From positions 53,552,810 to 53,616,809 of the forward strand of contig NC_068991.1 of the NCBI RefSeq assembly GCF_001194135.2: a DNA stretch of 64,000 nt, written 5' to 3'. Positions 61,309 to 64,000 of the stretch are shown one piece after another (position 1 is the stretch's first letter; every line of letters starts with the position of its first letter). The notes beneath the pieces are model-generated. The model was not told the origin of the DNA, made no database searches, and was given only the letters and a program-made list of their open reading frames with translations. The position numbers and the translations under genes are program-made. The DNA comes from Octopus bimaculoides (taxonomy: Eukaryota).

Positions 61309-61520
61309 TTCTAATTTTGGTTCAAGGCCAATAGTTATAAGGAATGGTGGAAAGTCGACGACATCAACCCAAGTACTTGTCCGGCATTTATTTTATTGAC
61401 TCCGAGGGAATGAAAAGCAAAGTCGACTTCGGAGGAATTTGAACTCGGAACTCAAAGAACCTGAAGTAATACCGTTATGCATTGTGTCCGGCGCGCTAAC
61501 GATTCTGCCTGCTCGCCCCC
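60905..61520 (-). mobile_element. Two SINE family B copies
   Basis: 60905-61125 and 61310-61520 match the reverse complement of the family B consensus. Confidence 0.8.
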
Positions 61521-61902
61521 GTCATTGAGTATGCAATTAAGGAGATACGTTCATTATCTTTTGTTAACAAGGCCAGCTGTTGGAGTGATCATAATATAAC
61601 AGCTGTTCTAATCGATTCTAGTTAATATGATAGATTACAAGAGCGATTCAAATAAACAAAGTTGACAGACAGCTAAAGAAATCACATGTCTCTTAATTGT
61701 ATGTCTTCTCAGTGATTTAGTTCTGTAAATACAGAACTAAACAACTAAGGTGTGTAAGCAAAAGTATGGGTGGGAAAGAGTCCTAAACAAAAGCAACACA
61801 TTGACCGGTTCAATAAACTTTTTGTGAACATAATAATTGCGTTTGAAACCCCGAGAAATCGTCATTTTATGGTAATATCACTTGTAAAACAGAAAAAGAA
61901 AT

Positions 61903-61909
61903 GCTGCTG

Positions 61910-61981
<72 letters not shown>

Positions 61982-62045
61982 ATAATAATAATAATAATGA
62001 TGATGATGATAATAATAATAATAACAATAATAATAATAATAATAG
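61903..62045. repeat. Compound (CTA)n(AAT)n microsatellite
   Basis: Directly visible. Similar runs at 38810-38890 and 54380-54475. Confidence 0.95.
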
Positions 62046-62364
62046 TAATTTCTTTTATTGACCACAAGGGCCCAAAACATGGAGGACAATATCAAAGGAC
62101 GAGTTACAGCACATAAAAACAAAAGAAAAACAAAAGACGAAAGAAAAATAAAATACAGAACCAGGTGGGGGTTTACATCGATCAAAGGGACATACTGCCT
62201 CATTAAAGGATATAACAGAAGATATATAATAAAAATTAGAGAAATAAATAATAAATAAATAAATAAATAGAATCCCCTATAGCGGGGCAGTTCACTTAGG
62301 GTAATTCGGGGTAAACCCCACGCAAAAATCCCAGATTAGACCGCCATACCCAAGGCATGGGAAA

Positions 62365-63235
62365 GGGTGACCGGACAATTCCCCGTAAACCAATTCGCCG
62401 TAGGATTATTCGCTGTAAGACAATTCGCCGTATAGATATTTCGCTGCAAGGACATTTTGCTGTAAAGCTTAGAAACTTGAAATTGCGTCGTTAATTAAAT
62501 AAGGTAGAAAAAAGAATAGTATTTCCAGCAGTCATTTTCGGTAATTGCTGAAATGATAATTTAAGAACAGAAAGGTCGTTAAAATTTGAGACTGCATCGT
62601 TAATTGCTGAAATGAGAATTTAAAAGCAGAAAGGTCGTTTAACATTTATTTAAAAATAACAAGCTTATTTTGAAAATTCAAAAGCAAAATACTTGTTTTG
62701 AGAGGTTATCTCAACCGTTTACATTACTTATATTATTTTTCTTTGAAAGTTGAAACTTAAACCCTTACTATTAAAAGCAGCAGAGGTTGTGATAAGTTCG
62801 TAAATGACTCAAACTTTATTTATAGGCAAGAAAGAAAATATGGAAGCAAGGTCTATTGGAAGGATGTTGATACAAATTGTAAGGCAGGAGTTCATGCAAA
62901 ACTGAATAGTGAAGCGATTTCTATTTGTAAAATTGTAAGTGAGCATACACATCCATCGAATCCTTGCCAACCAAAAATGCAAGAAACAATAGCAAATATG
63001 AAACAGAATGTACTTAAATCCCAGTTAGCTTCAAAATGTTTGATGGGTGCCGCATGTGGAGAATTAGAGGATGAAGGATGCTCTCTTATGCCGTCAACTT
63101 CAAGTTCATCAAGAAACAGAAGACGGAGACAAAAGAAAGAAAAGATCCCTCCTATACCTAGATCAAGAATCGGCTATGTAATTCCCGAGGAATTTACGTG
63201 TTTACAGAACAGAGAAAGATGTTTGTGTTATGTTC
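62365..63235 (+). mobile_element. Left end of a Mutator-like (MULE) transposon with FLYWCH-type N-terminus
   Basis: Terminus GGGTGACCGG followed by six ~16 bp caattcgccgt-type units. The frame is open from 62761: SSRGCDKF..NFIY....KVYWKD...CKAGVH....EHTH (degenerate FLYWCH), then PPIPRSRIGYVIPEEF, typical of the region before the MULE DDE domain. Confidence 0.75.
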
Positions 63236-63239
63236 AGAT

Positions 63240-64000
63240 GGAGGACATAACACAAACAAGAAATCTTCTCTGAGCTATTGCACTACTTGTTGAGGAACAG
63301 AAATAAGCAGTTCGAGGAAAAAGATTGTTCAAAAATAACCCGAAGCAATTCTTCCGAACGTTAGAAGGAGACAATGGGGAAAATGTTACTCTTGATGCAA
63401 ATCAAGCCAAGGAGCTCTGGAGCGGATTATGGGGAAACAATGTGGCGCATAAAAGGGATGCAATGTGGATAGGAACTATCAAGACAGAATTACAAGGAGG
63501 AAAGAAACAAAGGAATATTGTCATAAGCACGGTTGACGTGAAAGAACAAGTGAGTAGAATACCTAATTGGAAAGCCCCCAGACCAGATGGAATTCATGGC
63601 TTTTGGCCGAAGAGATGTCACGCGGTGCATGAAAGACTAGCTGCCCAATTAAATGAGTGTGTCCAGAAAGGTACAGTCCCCGCATGGATGGTGACTTAGA
63701 AGACAACACTTATAATGAAAGATAGAAGAAAGGGGAATATTGTAGGAAACTGCCGTCCCATAGCATGCCTAAACATAATCTGGAAGATACTCACTGGAAT
63801 ATGTATGGCAATGACATACTTTCCTGGCACAAGAAGAAATACTACGAAGGAAACAAAAAGGATGTAAGAAGAGTTCTCAGGGTACCAAGGATCACCTGGT
63901 CATCGAGAAAACAGTTTTGAGGCATTGTAAAAAACATCATACAAACACGTCTATGGCTTGGATTGACATTAAGAAGGCATATGATATGATGCCTCATTCT
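63240..64000 (+). mobile_element. R4/Dong-clade LINE RT fragment, runs off the window
   Basis: LFKNNPKQFFRTL, PNWKAPRPDGIHGFW, RPIACLNIIWKILTG, QKGCKK..QGTKDHL, MAWIDIKKAYD. Stops and frameshifts present. Confidence 0.9.

Overview
AT-rich eukaryotic (animal) genomic DNA with 11 assembly gaps, many microsatellites and dense repeats. The SINE and LINE repertoire looks like an Octopus draft genome; this is inferred from repeat recognition and was not verified. One well-supported protein gene is present: a two-coding-exon type II membrane protein with a glycosyltransferase-like luminal domain (20714-20919 + 27705-28647, +, 382 aa, canonical phase-matched GT-AG intron). A less certain nine-exon chain on the minus strand (33696 down to 29426) may be an unidentified convergent gene sharing a two-way poly(A) zone at ~28.7 kb. 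The rest is mostly transposon debris: three mariners, one Tc1, a FLYWCH-MULE left end, three R4/Dong-type LINE fragments, RTE and CR1/L2 pieces, piggyBac-like and fold-back MITEs, tRNA-derived SINE families (some in head-to-tail arrays) and minimal hammerhead-ribozyme-like motifs. Repeat copies left of ~35.5 kb are strongly CpG-decayed while copies to the right retain CpG, suggesting a fossil germline methylation boundary. Nearly all ORFs in the supplied track are artefacts of gaps, microsatellites or antisense transposon sequence. Family names were assigned by eye from motifs; no database search was run.
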